From Nitrospirota bacterium (GTDB taxonomy: Bacteria > Nitrospirota > UBA9217): a DNA stretch of 64,000 bases. Position 1 is the first letter of the stretch, and every line of letters begins with the position of its first letter. The notes below the pieces were generated by a model. The model saw nothing but the letters and a program-made list of their open reading frames with translations. It searched no databases and had not been told where the DNA came from. The stretch covers positions 148,838 to 212,837 of the forward strand of contig CAWIIS010000008.1 of the NCBI GenBank assembly GCA_963836175.1. Reading direction: 5' to 3'. Positions 26,994-36,312 of this stretch are shown in pieces. Made by a program: the position numbers and the translations under genes.

Positions 26994-27470
26994 ATGGACA
27001 CCCAGCCTGAGAGTCCCATAAAAGACAAACACCTCCTTATTGCGGTGGACGAGTCGGACAGCTCGCGCCGTGCCGTGCTGTACGTGGCTGATTTTCTCGG
27101 GGGGTTCCCCGGTTTCACGGTCACGCTCCTGAGCATCATACCCGAGCCGGAGCAGGATTTTTACGAGACCGAGGCGGAGCTGAAGGCGTGGGTCGAGGAA
27201 AAGATCGCCAAAGCGAATAAACTGCTGGAGCATTACCGGACGATCCTGATCCAATCCGGATTTCCCGAGGACAAGGTGCGCTTTCACACCTGCGTGGGAG
27301 ATGCAAAGTCGCTGTCTGACGCCATTCTCTCGATCCGCTGCGACCTTACGTGCTGCACGGTGGTCGTGGGCCGCCACCACAAAACCAAGACCGAGGAGTT
27401 CCTCTTCGGCAGCACCTCGAACCGGCTTGTCCACGAAGCAAAGAACTGCGCTGTCTGGGTGGTGGAGTAG
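26994..27470 (+). CDS. Universal stress protein family
   Basis: HLLIAVDESDSSRRAVLYVA ... VVVGRHHKTKTEEFLFGSTSNRLVHEAKNCAVWVV. Confidence 0.8.
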   Translation: MDTQPESPIKDKHLLIAVDESDSSRRAVLYVADFLGGFPGFTVTLLSIIPEPEQDFYETEAELKAWVEEKIAKANKLLEHYRTILIQSGFPEDKVRFHTCVGDAKSLSDAILSIRCDLTCCTVVVGRHHKTKTEEFLFGSTSNRLVHEAKNCAVWVVE

Positions 27471-27655
27471 GGCAGGGTGATGAAATGCGGATTGCGGATT
27501 GCGGAATGCGGAATGGGAAACTGAAGCACAACAGGGGGCAGGGTGATGAAATGCGGATTGCGGAATGCGGATTGCGGAATGGGAAACTGAAGCACAACAG
27601 AGGGGCAGGGTGATGAAATGCGGATTGCGGAATGCGGATTGCGGAATGGGTAACT
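27471..27655. repeat. Tandem repeat, about 66 bp x 2.8, built on GCGGATT/GCGGAAT heptamers
   Basis: Units start at 27471, 27537 and 27604 (GGCAGGGTGATGAAATGCGGATTGCGGA...GGGAAACTGAAGCACAACAG). Related heptamer runs are at about 26805-26860 and 47165-47255. Confidence 0.85.
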
Positions 27656-27668
27656 CTAAGGAAAAAAG

Positions 27669-28220
27669 ATGCATCATCATACCTGCCCCTGGTGGCTGGG
27701 CTATGCGCTTGCCAGTCCGTTTCGCCGTATCATGCATGAACCGGAAACGATCCTCGCTCCCCATATCCGCGAGGGAATTACCGCGGTCGACCTTGGCAGC
27801 GGCATGGGTTTCTTTTCCCTGGCCATGGCGAGGCTGGTGGGGGAGCAGGGGAAGGTCATCTGCGTCGATCTGCAGCAGGAAATGCTCGATGCGCTCCAGA
27901 AGCGCGCCGAGCGGGCCGGGCTTGCCGGACGCATCCGGCTCCAGCGGGCGGCCCAGGACGATATTCACGCGACCGGTCCGGTGGATTTTGCCCTTGCCTT
28001 CTGGATGGCGCACGAGGTGGATGATGTACGGAAGTTCCTGGGCCAGGTTTTCTCGGCGCTGAGGCCGTCCGGGAGCGCGCTCCTGGTCGAGCCGCGCATC
28101 CATGTTTCGAACCGGGAGTTTCAAAGGATCATCGCCAACGCCCGTGACGCCGGATTCACGGTGGAAGATGCTCCCCTCGTCAGGATCAGCAGGTCCGCGA
28201 TCCTCAGGAAAATCCGCTAG
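27669..28220 (+). CDS. Class I SAM-dependent methyltransferase
   Basis: VDLGSGMGFFSL (motif I), VICVDL, and the rest of the fold. Confidence 0.75.
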   Translation: MHHHTCPWWLGYALASPFRRIMHEPETILAPHIREGITAVDLGSGMGFFSLAMARLVGEQGKVICVDLQQEMLDALQKRAERAGLAGRIRLQRAAQDDIHATGPVDFALAFWMAHEVDDVRKFLGQVFSALRPSGSALLVEPRIHVSNREFQRIIANARDAGFTVEDAPLVRISRSAILRKIR

Positions 28221-28367
28221 CCCTGGAATAAAACAGCGTCTCAATGCAGTAGTACCGAAGAAAAAACTAGTGCGGGAGCGCCCCCGGAGTTGTATAATAC
28301 TTTAGTCAAACAGGAAGGGCCGCAATTTCCCGCAAAAGGGTTTAGATTCCGGCACAGGTACCACCAT

Positions 28368-29354
28368 ATGAAATTCATCAATCTCCATGAAGCGATCCTG
28401 AACAGCATGAGCGAAGCGGTGTATGTTGTCGACCGGGACATGGACATCCTCTACGCGAACACGGCAGCGGAAGGATTGACCGGCTTCTCCCCGCAGGAAT
28501 CCGTGGGGCAGGTCTGCCACGATATCTTCTGCGAGCGGTCGGAGCTCTGCAACGGCAGGTGTCCGCTGAAGCGCGTCATGCTGGACCAGACGCCGGTCCT
28601 GCACAAGGGTGCGGAGACGAGGACCAAGTCGGGAGCGGTGCGCCAGACGCAGATCTCGATCTCGCCCTTTTACGAAAAAGAAGAATGTGTCGGCGTGGTG
28701 CTGATCATCAAGGACATTACGGACCTCAAGGTTGCCGAGGACAAGATCCGGAAACAGAATGTCTTCCTGACCGCGGTGATCGATGCGCTGCCGCACCCCT
28801 TCACGGTCATTGACGCCGGGACCTATCAGCTCAAGCTGGCGAACTACGCGGCCTACCCGGGCAAACTGCCGGAGAACATGACCTGTCATGAACTCTCTCA
28901 TCACAGCGATGCGCCGTGCAGCGGCGACGCTCATCCCTGCCCCTTTGAAAAGGTGAAGGAAACGGGCCAGCCCGTGACCGTGGAGCATACGCATTGCGTC
29001 GCTGACGGCAAATGCCGCGACATGGAGGTCCATTGCTTCCCCCTTTTTGACGACCGGGGAAAGCTCGTGCAGGTGATCGAGTATTGCATCGATATCTCGG
29101 AGCGGAAGCAGGCGACTGCCGAGCGGGAGAAACTGATCGTGGACCTGCGGAAGGCCCTTGATGATGTCAAGACCCTGCAGGGGCTGCTGCCGATCTGCGC
29201 CGGCTGCAAAAAGATCCGCGATGACAATGGTTACTGGAACACCATTGAATCCTATCTCTGCGAGCATACTGATGCGGAGTTCACCCACGGCCTCTGCCCC
29301 GACTGTGTAACCCGGCTCTATCCCGAGTATGCCGGCAGCATGAAGCAGAAATAG
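28368..29354 (+). CDS. PAS-domain sensor protein with C-terminal Cys-rich LPICxxCKKIRDD...HGxCPxC motif
   Basis: Two PAS-like segments. The C-terminus is LQGLLPICAGCKKIRDDNGYWNTIESYLCEHTDAEFTHGLCPDCVTRLYPEY. The start is uncertain (28290 or 28368). Confidence 0.7.
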   Translation: MKFINLHEAILNSMSEAVYVVDRDMDILYANTAAEGLTGFSPQESVGQVCHDIFCERSELCNGRCPLKRVMLDQTPVLHKGAETRTKSGAVRQTQISISPFYEKEECVGVVLIIKDITDLKVAEDKIRKQNVFLTAVIDALPHPFTVIDAGTYQLKLANYAAYPGKLPENMTCHELSHHSDAPCSGDAHPCPFEKVKETGQPVTVEHTHCVADGKCRDMEVHCFPLFDDRGKLVQVIEYCIDISERKQATAEREKLIVDLRKALDDVKTLQGLLPICAGCKKIRDDNGYWNTIESYLCEHTDAEFTHGLCPDCVTRLYPEYAGSMKQK

Positions 29355-29484
29355 GGCGAGAAGTCAATTCGAGGTCTTGATTTATCCGTATCATAGGTTT
29401 TATTCTCTGGTTGTGGCCGGAGGCCAGGCTATGATATAGTATGGCCGTGGTAAAAAAATCATCGATCTAAGGAGAATAGTTGGT

Positions 29485-29891
29485 ATGTCTTTACAGTGGA
29501 GTGAAAATCTTGCATCGGGCTCGTCGGATATCGACACCCAGCACAAGGAACTGTTCCTGCGCGTGAACAGCCTGCTTCTTGCCGTTGACCGGGGGCCACT
29601 GCCCGGGAAGAGGTGTCAAAGATCGTCCAGTACCTGACCGACTACGTGGTGTTTCATTTCGGGAACGAAGAGAAGTATATGGCGAAATACAATTACTCGA
29701 GCGCCACGGCGCACAAGGCCCAGCACGAGCAGTTCGTGAAGACGTTCATGAAGCTCAGGGACAGGCTCATGATGGAAGGCATCAATGCCCCCCTCGCGCA
29801 GGAGATCAAGGATCTGTGCGTCGACTGGCTGATCAATCATATCAAGTACTCTGACCGGGCGCTGGGCATGTACTTGAAGCTGAAAATGTAG
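29485..29891 (+). CDS. Bacteriohemerythrin-like protein (frame break in the G5 run near 29590)
   Basis: MSLQWSENLASGSSDIDTQHKELF ... VVFHFGNEEKYM ... HKAQHEQF ... WLINHIKYSD. Confidence 0.75.
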
Positions 29892-29967
29892 GAAAGCCGG
29901 GGATGGTCTTTAAAAGGGTTGAGAGTTTTTCTCAGCCCTTTTTGTTTTTCGGGAGAAGCAAGAAAGG

Positions 29968-30128
29968 GCAAGATTTTGTCTCGCAAAGTGCGCAAAGGCC
30001 GCAAAGGGAACCATGGATCTAATCCTTTTTTGTTTAAAGCCAGAGCAAGCCGTGGTTTAAGTTTTTCTTGGCGAGCTTTGCGGCTCATCGTGGTCTGGGA
30101 CCATTGCGAGAGACGCCTTTTGTTTTAG
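29968..30128. repeat. Left arm of a ~165-bp inverted repeat
   Basis: The reverse complement of 30603..30769 aligns over almost the whole length (CGCAAAG-rich). The shared core is GCGGCTCATCGTGGTCTGGGACCATTGCGAGAGACGCC. Confidence 0.8.
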
Positions 30129-30154
30129 GTTTGTCAGGCAATCGGGGGGAAATA

Positions 30155-30601
30155 ATGGTTGGAACTTATTGGTGGTTGGTTGGAGCAAAAGTGTTCTTTT
30201 CAGGTCCCTGGTTCCCGCTCTTTCAGATTTTTATGATCGTCCGGGACCATAGGCAGCACCGGGACTGGCGCAGCACGATACTGGCGGTCGTCTGGCCGCT
30301 TATGTGCATCTCCATGATCTATGTGCTGCAGGGGGGCATGGACCCGCCCTTGTTTGGCGTCCCACTGGTGGTCCTTTTTCTGACCGCGTGGTGGAGGAAT
30401 ATGTGGGTGTTCATGCCCGGCGTCGTTCTCTACTATGTGACGAGCGCCGTCGTGCTCATTGTCTCTGCGCTACATGGCTCTCAAGTCCACTGGCCCTTTC
30501 TGCTGCTCTGGCCCATATCCTTTGCGCTTCTGTTCATGTGGCGCTATCTGAGAATGCGGGCGCTGTTCGTGGCGGAGCATGCACGGGAAAACAAGAGTTA
30601 A
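30155..30601 (+). CDS. Small polytopic membrane protein, unknown function
   Basis: 148 aa, 4-5 hydrophobic helices. It lies exactly between the two inverted-repeat arms. Confidence 0.55.
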   Translation: MVGTYWWLVGAKVFFSGPWFPLFQIFMIVRDHRQHRDWRSTILAVVWPLMCISMIYVLQGGMDPPLFGVPLVVLFLTAWWRNMWVFMPGVVLYYVTSAVVLIVSALHGSQVHWPFLLLWPISFALLFMWRYLRMRALFVAEHARENKS

Positions 30602-30602
30602 A

Positions 30603-30769
30603 AGGTCAAAGCAAAGGGCGTCTCTCGCAATGGTCCCAGACCACGATGAGCCGCAAAGGTCGCCAAGAAAAGCGTAACCCACGGCTTGCTTTTGCTTTTA
30701 AACCCACAAAAAGACTCTTGATTAAAGGTTCCCTTTGCGTTCTTTGCGACCTTTGCGAAAAATTCTTGC
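30603..30769. repeat. Right arm of the ~165-bp inverted repeat
   Basis: See 29968..30128. Confidence 0.8.
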
Positions 30770-30795
30770 TGTTGATCCTAGTCAGGAGGTCCCTT

Positions 30796-31587
30796 ATGAG
30801 CGAACGATCGTCGATAATGCAATCGCAGGTCATCACGCTTTCGGGAAGGAAAGTGCACTTCTGGAAAGGCGGTTCCGGTCCGGCCCTGCTCTTGCTCCAT
30901 GCGGCATGGGGAGACGCTGAAATGTCCTGGAGCAGGGTATGGGACCAGCTCGCACAGTCGTACACAATCATTGCGCCCGACCTGCCGGGGTTCGGGCAAT
31001 CGGAAAAACTTTCCGCACCCACGCTGTCAGATATGGCAACGATGCTCAAGGAACTTCTTGGTGCGCTCCATCTGGACCGGGTCATGGTCGTTGGAAACTC
31101 TTTTGGAGCAGGCGTGGCCATAAAGTTTGAGAACGACCATCCTCAGCTCGTCTCAAAGCTTGTACTCGTGGACGGTGGATACATGCCGGTCATTCCCGGT
31201 TTCATGAAAAAGCTTATTTCGGTGCCCGGGGTGAACCAGGGATTTCGCGCGCTTATCCGCAACGTTACTTTTTCCAGAAAGACCCTGAATCGGTCCTTTG
31301 CAAATCCAACTAAACTGCCTGCCGGTTTCCTCGAAGATATCGAGCAGAGCACCATGGATTATTCAAGGATCTCCTTTGATACGATCATGAACCATAGTTC
31401 GCCGCTCACGAAGCCGACGGCTCCGACCCTGCTGGTCTGGGGAGCGGAGGACGGTCTTTCGACCCTGAAGCAGGCAGATGCGATTCAAAAGTGGATACCC
31501 GAAGCCAGGCTCATCACGATCGACGGCGCAGGTCATATGCCGCAGGTGGAAAAACCGGAGGAGTTTGTTGCGGCGGTGATGGGATGA
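30796..31587 (+). CDS. Alpha/beta hydrolase
   Basis: GGAGG RBS. LLLLHAAWGD, GNSFG nucleophile elbow, C-terminal GAGHMPQVEKPEEF. The long upstream extension in ORF 30304.. reads through the repeat and is discounted. Confidence 0.8.
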   Translation: MSERSSIMQSQVITLSGRKVHFWKGGSGPALLLLHAAWGDAEMSWSRVWDQLAQSYTIIAPDLPGFGQSEKLSAPTLSDMATMLKELLGALHLDRVMVVGNSFGAGVAIKFENDHPQLVSKLVLVDGGYMPVIPGFMKKLISVPGVNQGFRALIRNVTFSRKTLNRSFANPTKLPAGFLEDIEQSTMDYSRISFDTIMNHSSPLTKPTAPTLLVWGAEDGLSTLKQADAIQKWIPEARLITIDGAGHMPQVEKPEEFVAAVMG

Positions 31588-31619
31588 GCAACGCCGAACA
31601 GAAGGAGAAGTACTAAACC

Positions 31620-32516
31620 GTGGCAAATCGGGAAAAAGATCGTATCAGGCGCTGGTTGAAGCAAAACTTAAAAGACGCTCCCCTGCCAACCTCCATCAAG
31701 GAGGCACGGGTAAATCTCGAAGGGCTTTCGAGCTGGGTGCCGCTGCAGCCTGATACCACGGTTGAGGCAGTCATCGCAGGCGGGGTGCCGGGCGAGTGGG
31801 TCAGCGCTCCTGGTGCAACTGCGGATGCTGTCATCCTCTGCCTCCATGGCGGCGGCTATACCATGGGATCGAGCAAAGCGACCCATGTGGTCGCATCATT
31901 TCTCTCGGCTGCCTCGGGCTGCCGTGTTCTCGTCATCGACTATCGCCTTGCGCCCGAACATCCTTTCCCTGCCGCGCTTGAGGACACGATCGCTGCGTAC
32001 CGCTGGCTGCTTGAACAGGGTATTTCGCGCAGTCGCATCATTCTCATCGGCTTTTCCGCAGGCGGCGGACTTGCCCTGTCTACGCTGGTCTCGTTGCGCG
32101 ATGCCCATGTTGCGCTCCCGGCGGGAGCCGTGCTGATCTCGCCCTGGACCGACCTTGCAGGCACCGGGGAGTCGGTTGTGACTTGCGCCGAGGCCGATCC
32201 CTGGCTTACCGATGAGATGAACCGATATCATGCCGCGCTCTATGCAGGAGGAAAAGACCTGCGCCATCCGCTCATCTCGCCGCTCTATGCCGACATGCAC
32301 GGCCTGCCGCCGCTGCTGATCCACGTGGGCAGCGACGAGATCATGCTGGACGATTCGAAGCGCGTGGCGGAGCGGGCGAAGGCTGCCGGTGTCGAGGTCA
32401 CACTGGAGGTCTGGGAGGGCTTGTGGCATGTGTTCCACGCCTTTGCATACCGGCTGGCGGAGGGGAAGCAGGCCATCGATAAGATCGGGCAGTTCATCCG
32501 GAAGAGGCTGGGATAA
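31620..32516 (+). CDS. Esterase/lipase, hormone-sensitive-lipase (alpha/beta hydrolase fold-3) family
   Basis: HGGGY oxyanion motif and GFSAGG nucleophile elbow. GTG start as given by the track. Confidence 0.8.
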   Translation: MANREKDRIRRWLKQNLKDAPLPTSIKEARVNLEGLSSWVPLQPDTTVEAVIAGGVPGEWVSAPGATADAVILCLHGGGYTMGSSKATHVVASFLSAASGCRVLVIDYRLAPEHPFPAALEDTIAAYRWLLEQGISRSRIILIGFSAGGGLALSTLVSLRDAHVALPAGAVLISPWTDLAGTGESVVTCAEADPWLTDEMNRYHAALYAGGKDLRHPLISPLYADMHGLPPLLIHVGSDEIMLDDSKRVAERAKAAGVEVTLEVWEGLWHVFHAFAYRLAEGKQAIDKIGQFIRKRLG

Positions 32517-32580
32517 AGACTAAGTTCTTTGTACACGGATAAAGGCGGATAAAAGCCGGATAACATCGGATTTAATAATC

Positions 32581-32700
32581 ATCTCAAAATAAAAACGACA
32601 TGCCTCCCCAGCCCTCCTTGTTGAAGACCCATGTTTGCTGTTTGGTTACGATGGCCCCCCCTCACCTCAGTCCTCTCCCGCAAGGGGAGAGGATGGGATG
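32581..32700. repeat. Second copy of the REP/MITE-like element
   Basis: AAAATAAAAACGACATG head and the hairpin TCTCCCGCAAGGGGAGA. Compare 20836..20945. Confidence 0.5.
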
Positions 32701-32885
32701 ACGATTTATCCGCCCTTATCCGCGTTCATCCGCTTCTTCCGTGTTCAAATGATTTATGTTTTTCCGTCTCGCTTTTCCTTGCCACCTGCGTAAAATTCCG
32801 CTACAGTAACCCTATTACGTCATTCCTGTACCGATGTCTGACGTTGGTACGATCTCATTCTTAACGATTTCGCGAAGGAGAGACT

Positions 32886-35584
32886 ATGCAGAGTAAAAAA
32901 ACATCGGGGAACCGGGGGCTTATCATTGCCGCTATCGTGGGGTTCATTCTCCTGGCGACATCGCGCCAGATCATCACCTTTATCGCCGACTGGCTGTTCT
33001 TCCAGGAGGTCGGCTACGCCGCGGTCTTCAGCAAGACCTTTCAGGCGAAGCTGCTGACCGGCCTGCTGTTCGGCGCGGTCGCTTTTGTCGTCTTCCTCAT
33101 CAACCTCACGGTGGCCAGGCGGAAAACTTTTCCGCTCCGCGGCGTGAACCCGCTCTGGCAGAGCATGCCGCAGTTGCAGCACCTCGACCTGGACCGGATG
33201 ATGGGATGGCTCGCTTTTGGCGTGTCCGGCTTTATGTTCCTGCTCTCGTTCACCGTGGGGATGCAGTACTGGGAACAGGCGCTCCTGTTCCTGAACAGCG
33301 TGCCTGCAGGCCTTGCCGACCCGCTCTTTAACAAGGACATCTCGTTCTATCTGTTCTCCTTTCCCTTTGTAAACATGCTGAACACCATGGTGCGCAGCAT
33401 GCTGGTGTTTGCCGCCCTTCTTGTTGTCGTGCTTTATATTTCTCGCGGCGGCGTCGTGTGGCTGGGCAAATTCCTTTCCGTGGACCCGGCGGTGAAACGC
33501 CATCTGGCAATCCTGATATCGCTGTTCCTGCTCAGCCTGTCCTTCAGCTTCGCGCTCGACCGCTACGGCCTGTTGACCACGGAGCACGGCGTGCTCTACG
33601 GCGCGTCCTACACCGATGTGCATGTGCGGCTTTTGATGCTGACCGTTATGGCCGTGCTGAGCCTTGCCACGGCGATCCTGCTGCCGTTCGTTGCGGCGAA
33701 GCGGTCTTTTATCGTGCCGCTCATCGCGCTGGCCGTGCTCAGCGGCGTCTATTTCCTGGGGCTCAAGGTCTATCCCCAGACGATCCAGAGCTTCCAGGTC
33801 TCGCCGAACGAGAGCGTGCTCGAGCTGCCCTACATCGCGGACCATATCAAATTCACCCGCTACGGCTACGGCCTGGAGCATATGGAACTGCAGCCCTTTG
33901 CCGCGGACAAGCAGCTGGCCTTCACGGACATCAGGAAAAACCTGTCCACGATCCAGAACATCAGGCTCTGGGACGAGGAGCCGCTGCTCAAGACCTACAG
34001 CCAGCTGCAGCAGATCAGGACCTACTATCACTTCAGCGACGTGGACAACGACCGCTATACCGTGAACGGCAAATATCTGCAGACAATGCTGTCCCCGCGG
34101 GAGCTGTCCTACGCGGACCTGCCGAACAAATCGTGGATCAATGAGCGGCTCGTGTTCACCCACGGTTTCGGCCTGTCCATGGGGCCCGTGAGCGGCATCA
34201 CCCGGGAAGGCCTGCCGGAGTTCTTTATCAAGGACATCCCGCCGGTCTCGAGCGCAGGGCCGAAGGTGACCCGTCCCGAGATCTACTATGGCGAAAGCCC
34301 CAATGACTACGTGATCGTGAACACGAAGACCAGGGAGTTCAGCTATCCCACGACGAAAGAGAATGTCTATACCGTGTACTCGGGAAGCGGGGGAGTGCGG
34401 CTTACCTCCTTCCTGAAGCGGCTTCTGTATGCCTCCTACTTCGGGAACCTCAAGATCTTCCTGTCCAGCGATGTGACCGACGACAGCCGCATCATTTATA
34501 ACCGCACCGTCCTGGACCGCGTGGACAGGATCGCGCCGTTCCTGTCGTACGATCCCGATCCCTATATGGTCGTGGGAGAGGACGGCAGGTTGTCCTGGAT
34601 CATCGACGCCTACACGCAGAGCAGCAGCCTTCCCTATTCAAAACCGCTTGCCGGCGGCGCCAACTATATCCGCAACTCGGTAAAGGTGGTCGTCGACGCC
34701 TATGACGGCAGCGTCGTGTTCTATGTCGGTCGACCAGCAGGACGTCCTGGCCCGGGCCTATGCGGCGGTGTTTCCAGACGTGTTCAAGCCCCTGTCGGAA
34801 ATGCCCGCCGATCTCCGGAAGCACATCCGCTATCCGCGCGCCCTGCTCCAGATCCAGGCGCGGATGTTCACGACCTTTCATATGACCGATCCGGCGGTGT
34901 TCTACAATAAAGAAGACCTCTGGGAGATCCCGTCGTACCGCGAAAAGACCATGGAGCCCTATTATCTCATCACCAGGCTTCCGGGCGACAAGGCGGAGGA
35001 GTTCATCCTGCTTCTGCCCTTTACGCCGTCAAAGCGTGACAACCTGGCTGCCTGGATGGCTGCGCGCTGCGACGGCGAGAACTACGGCAAGGTCACGGTC
35101 TTTACCTTCCCCAGGGACCGGCTGGTCTTCGGGCCGCGCCAGATCGACGCGCGCATCGACCAGGACTCCTACATCTCGCAGCAGCTCACGCTCTGGGGAC
35201 AGAGCGGTTCCGATGTGATCCGCGGCAGCCTTCTGATCATTCCCATGGAGGACTCGCTCATCTATGTGCAGCCGCTCTACCTGGTGGCCACGGACAAGGG
35301 CGGGTTGCCGGAGCTCCGCAGGGTCATTGTCGCCTACGGGAACGACGTGGTCATGGAGGAAACGCTGGACGCCTCGATCCAGCGCCTGTTCAGCGGCGCG
35401 CTGCCGAGCATGCGGATGACCGAGGGCGGCCCGGCCGCAATCAGTCATCGATCCAAAGGAACTGGGCTCCCGGGCGCTGGAGCAGCTGCGCAAGGCGCGG
35501 GAAGCGCTCCGGAAAGAGGACTGGGCAGGGTACGGGAAGCACTTGAAGGAGCTGGAAGAGACGCTTCGGGGGATGGCGAAGTGA
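32886..35584 (+). CDS. UPF0182-family large membrane protein, at least 2 frame breaks (about 34725 and about 35440)
   Basis: Multi-TM N-terminus. IRLWDEEPLLKTYSQLQQIRTYYHFSDVDNDRY signature. The C-terminal pieces restore ...IDPKELGSRALEQLRKAREALRKEDWAGYGKHLKELEETLRGMAK. Confidence 0.7.
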
Positions 35585-36011
35585 TAAACTAGAAAAGCGT
35601 TTAGCCGCAGATTTCGCAGATGGACGCAGATTTTTACCTGCCGTCGAAAAAGTCCCACTTGGCCGTCATTGCGAGGAGCTTTAGCGACGAAGCAATCTCG
35701 AAGTGGTTTTTTCGTAAATCGAGATTGCTTCGCTTTGCTCGCAAAGACTGCAAAAGACTTTTTTAGTTATCTATTTAAAAAAATAATCTGCGAAAATCTG
35801 CGTTTATCTGCGGCCAAAGTTTTTAGTACCTGAGGTTTCCACGCACCCGAACGACAAGACCGACCGTCGCTTCCTCCAGCTCGAACACGAATATCCGGAC
35901 CAATTCACTCCTTATAGCTCAGAATACCCCCATTTAACGCGGTGATTTAAAGTATCAGTTTATTTTGCCCTGATTTTACGCCTCTTTAACAGTCATTTAT
36001 TACTAAAGTAT

Positions 36012-36064
36012 GACTATATGTTGTATAAAAATCGCCTTGACAACACAAGATGTTGTGTTATACT
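36012..36064 (+). promoter_or_regulatory. nrdJ promoter with two NrdR-box-like sites
   Basis: TTGACA (36037-42), 16 nt, TATACT (36059-64). The spacer is the palindrome ACACAAGATGTTGTGT (36043-58). A second, weaker box GACTATATGTTGTATA lies at 36012-27, and the box starts are 31 bp apart. Confidence 0.5.
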
Positions 36065-36312
36065 CCATACGAGTTTTGCGCTAGCAAGTAGAATAATTTC
36101 TATTGATTTTATCTTCTTCCGGCTTCACCTCAACTACCGTAATAGGCCGCACCCAGGAAAAAGCACATCACTGCAGTGCCATTTGAGCATCTGGCTAAAA
36201 AACTGTTTTATTTTGGCAAGTCCAATCGGACAAGATGTAATATAATGTGGGTTGGTCGTAAGGTCGCCCGCATTGATTTGTATTTATAATTTTTATTCCA
36301 GGGAGGGAATTC

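Noticed and set aside
27471-27655. Possible CRISPR array
   Set aside because: The units are contiguous 66-bp tandem copies with no unique spacers between repeats, and there are no cas genes nearby.
26958-28244. 428-aa ORF on the minus strand
   Set aside because: It is antisense to three well-supported plus-strand genes or features (Usp, tandem repeat, methyltransferase). It reads straight through the heptamer repeats (…IPQSAFRNPHF…). It has Arg/Pro/Gly-rich shadow-ORF composition and no RBS.
30304-30795. N-terminal 164-aa extension of the alpha/beta-hydrolase ORF
   Set aside because: The extension overlaps the membrane-protein gene in another frame and reads through the inverted-repeat arm. 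A GGAGG-ATG start at 30796 gives a normal-length hydrolase.
32820-34163. 447-aa ORF on the minus strand
   Set aside because: It is antisense to the UPF0182 gene, which has clear family signatures. Its composition is typical of a high-GC shadow frame.
36018-36245. 75-aa ORF in the nrdJ leader
   Set aside because: It starts inside the promoter/NrdR-box region, has no RBS, and has AT-rich low-complexity codon usage unlike the host genes.
36065-36312. Cobalamin riboswitch in the nrdJ leader
   Set aside because: I looked for a B12-box-like GCCACTG / AGYCMGG core and did not find one. Only an Infernal scan could fully exclude it.
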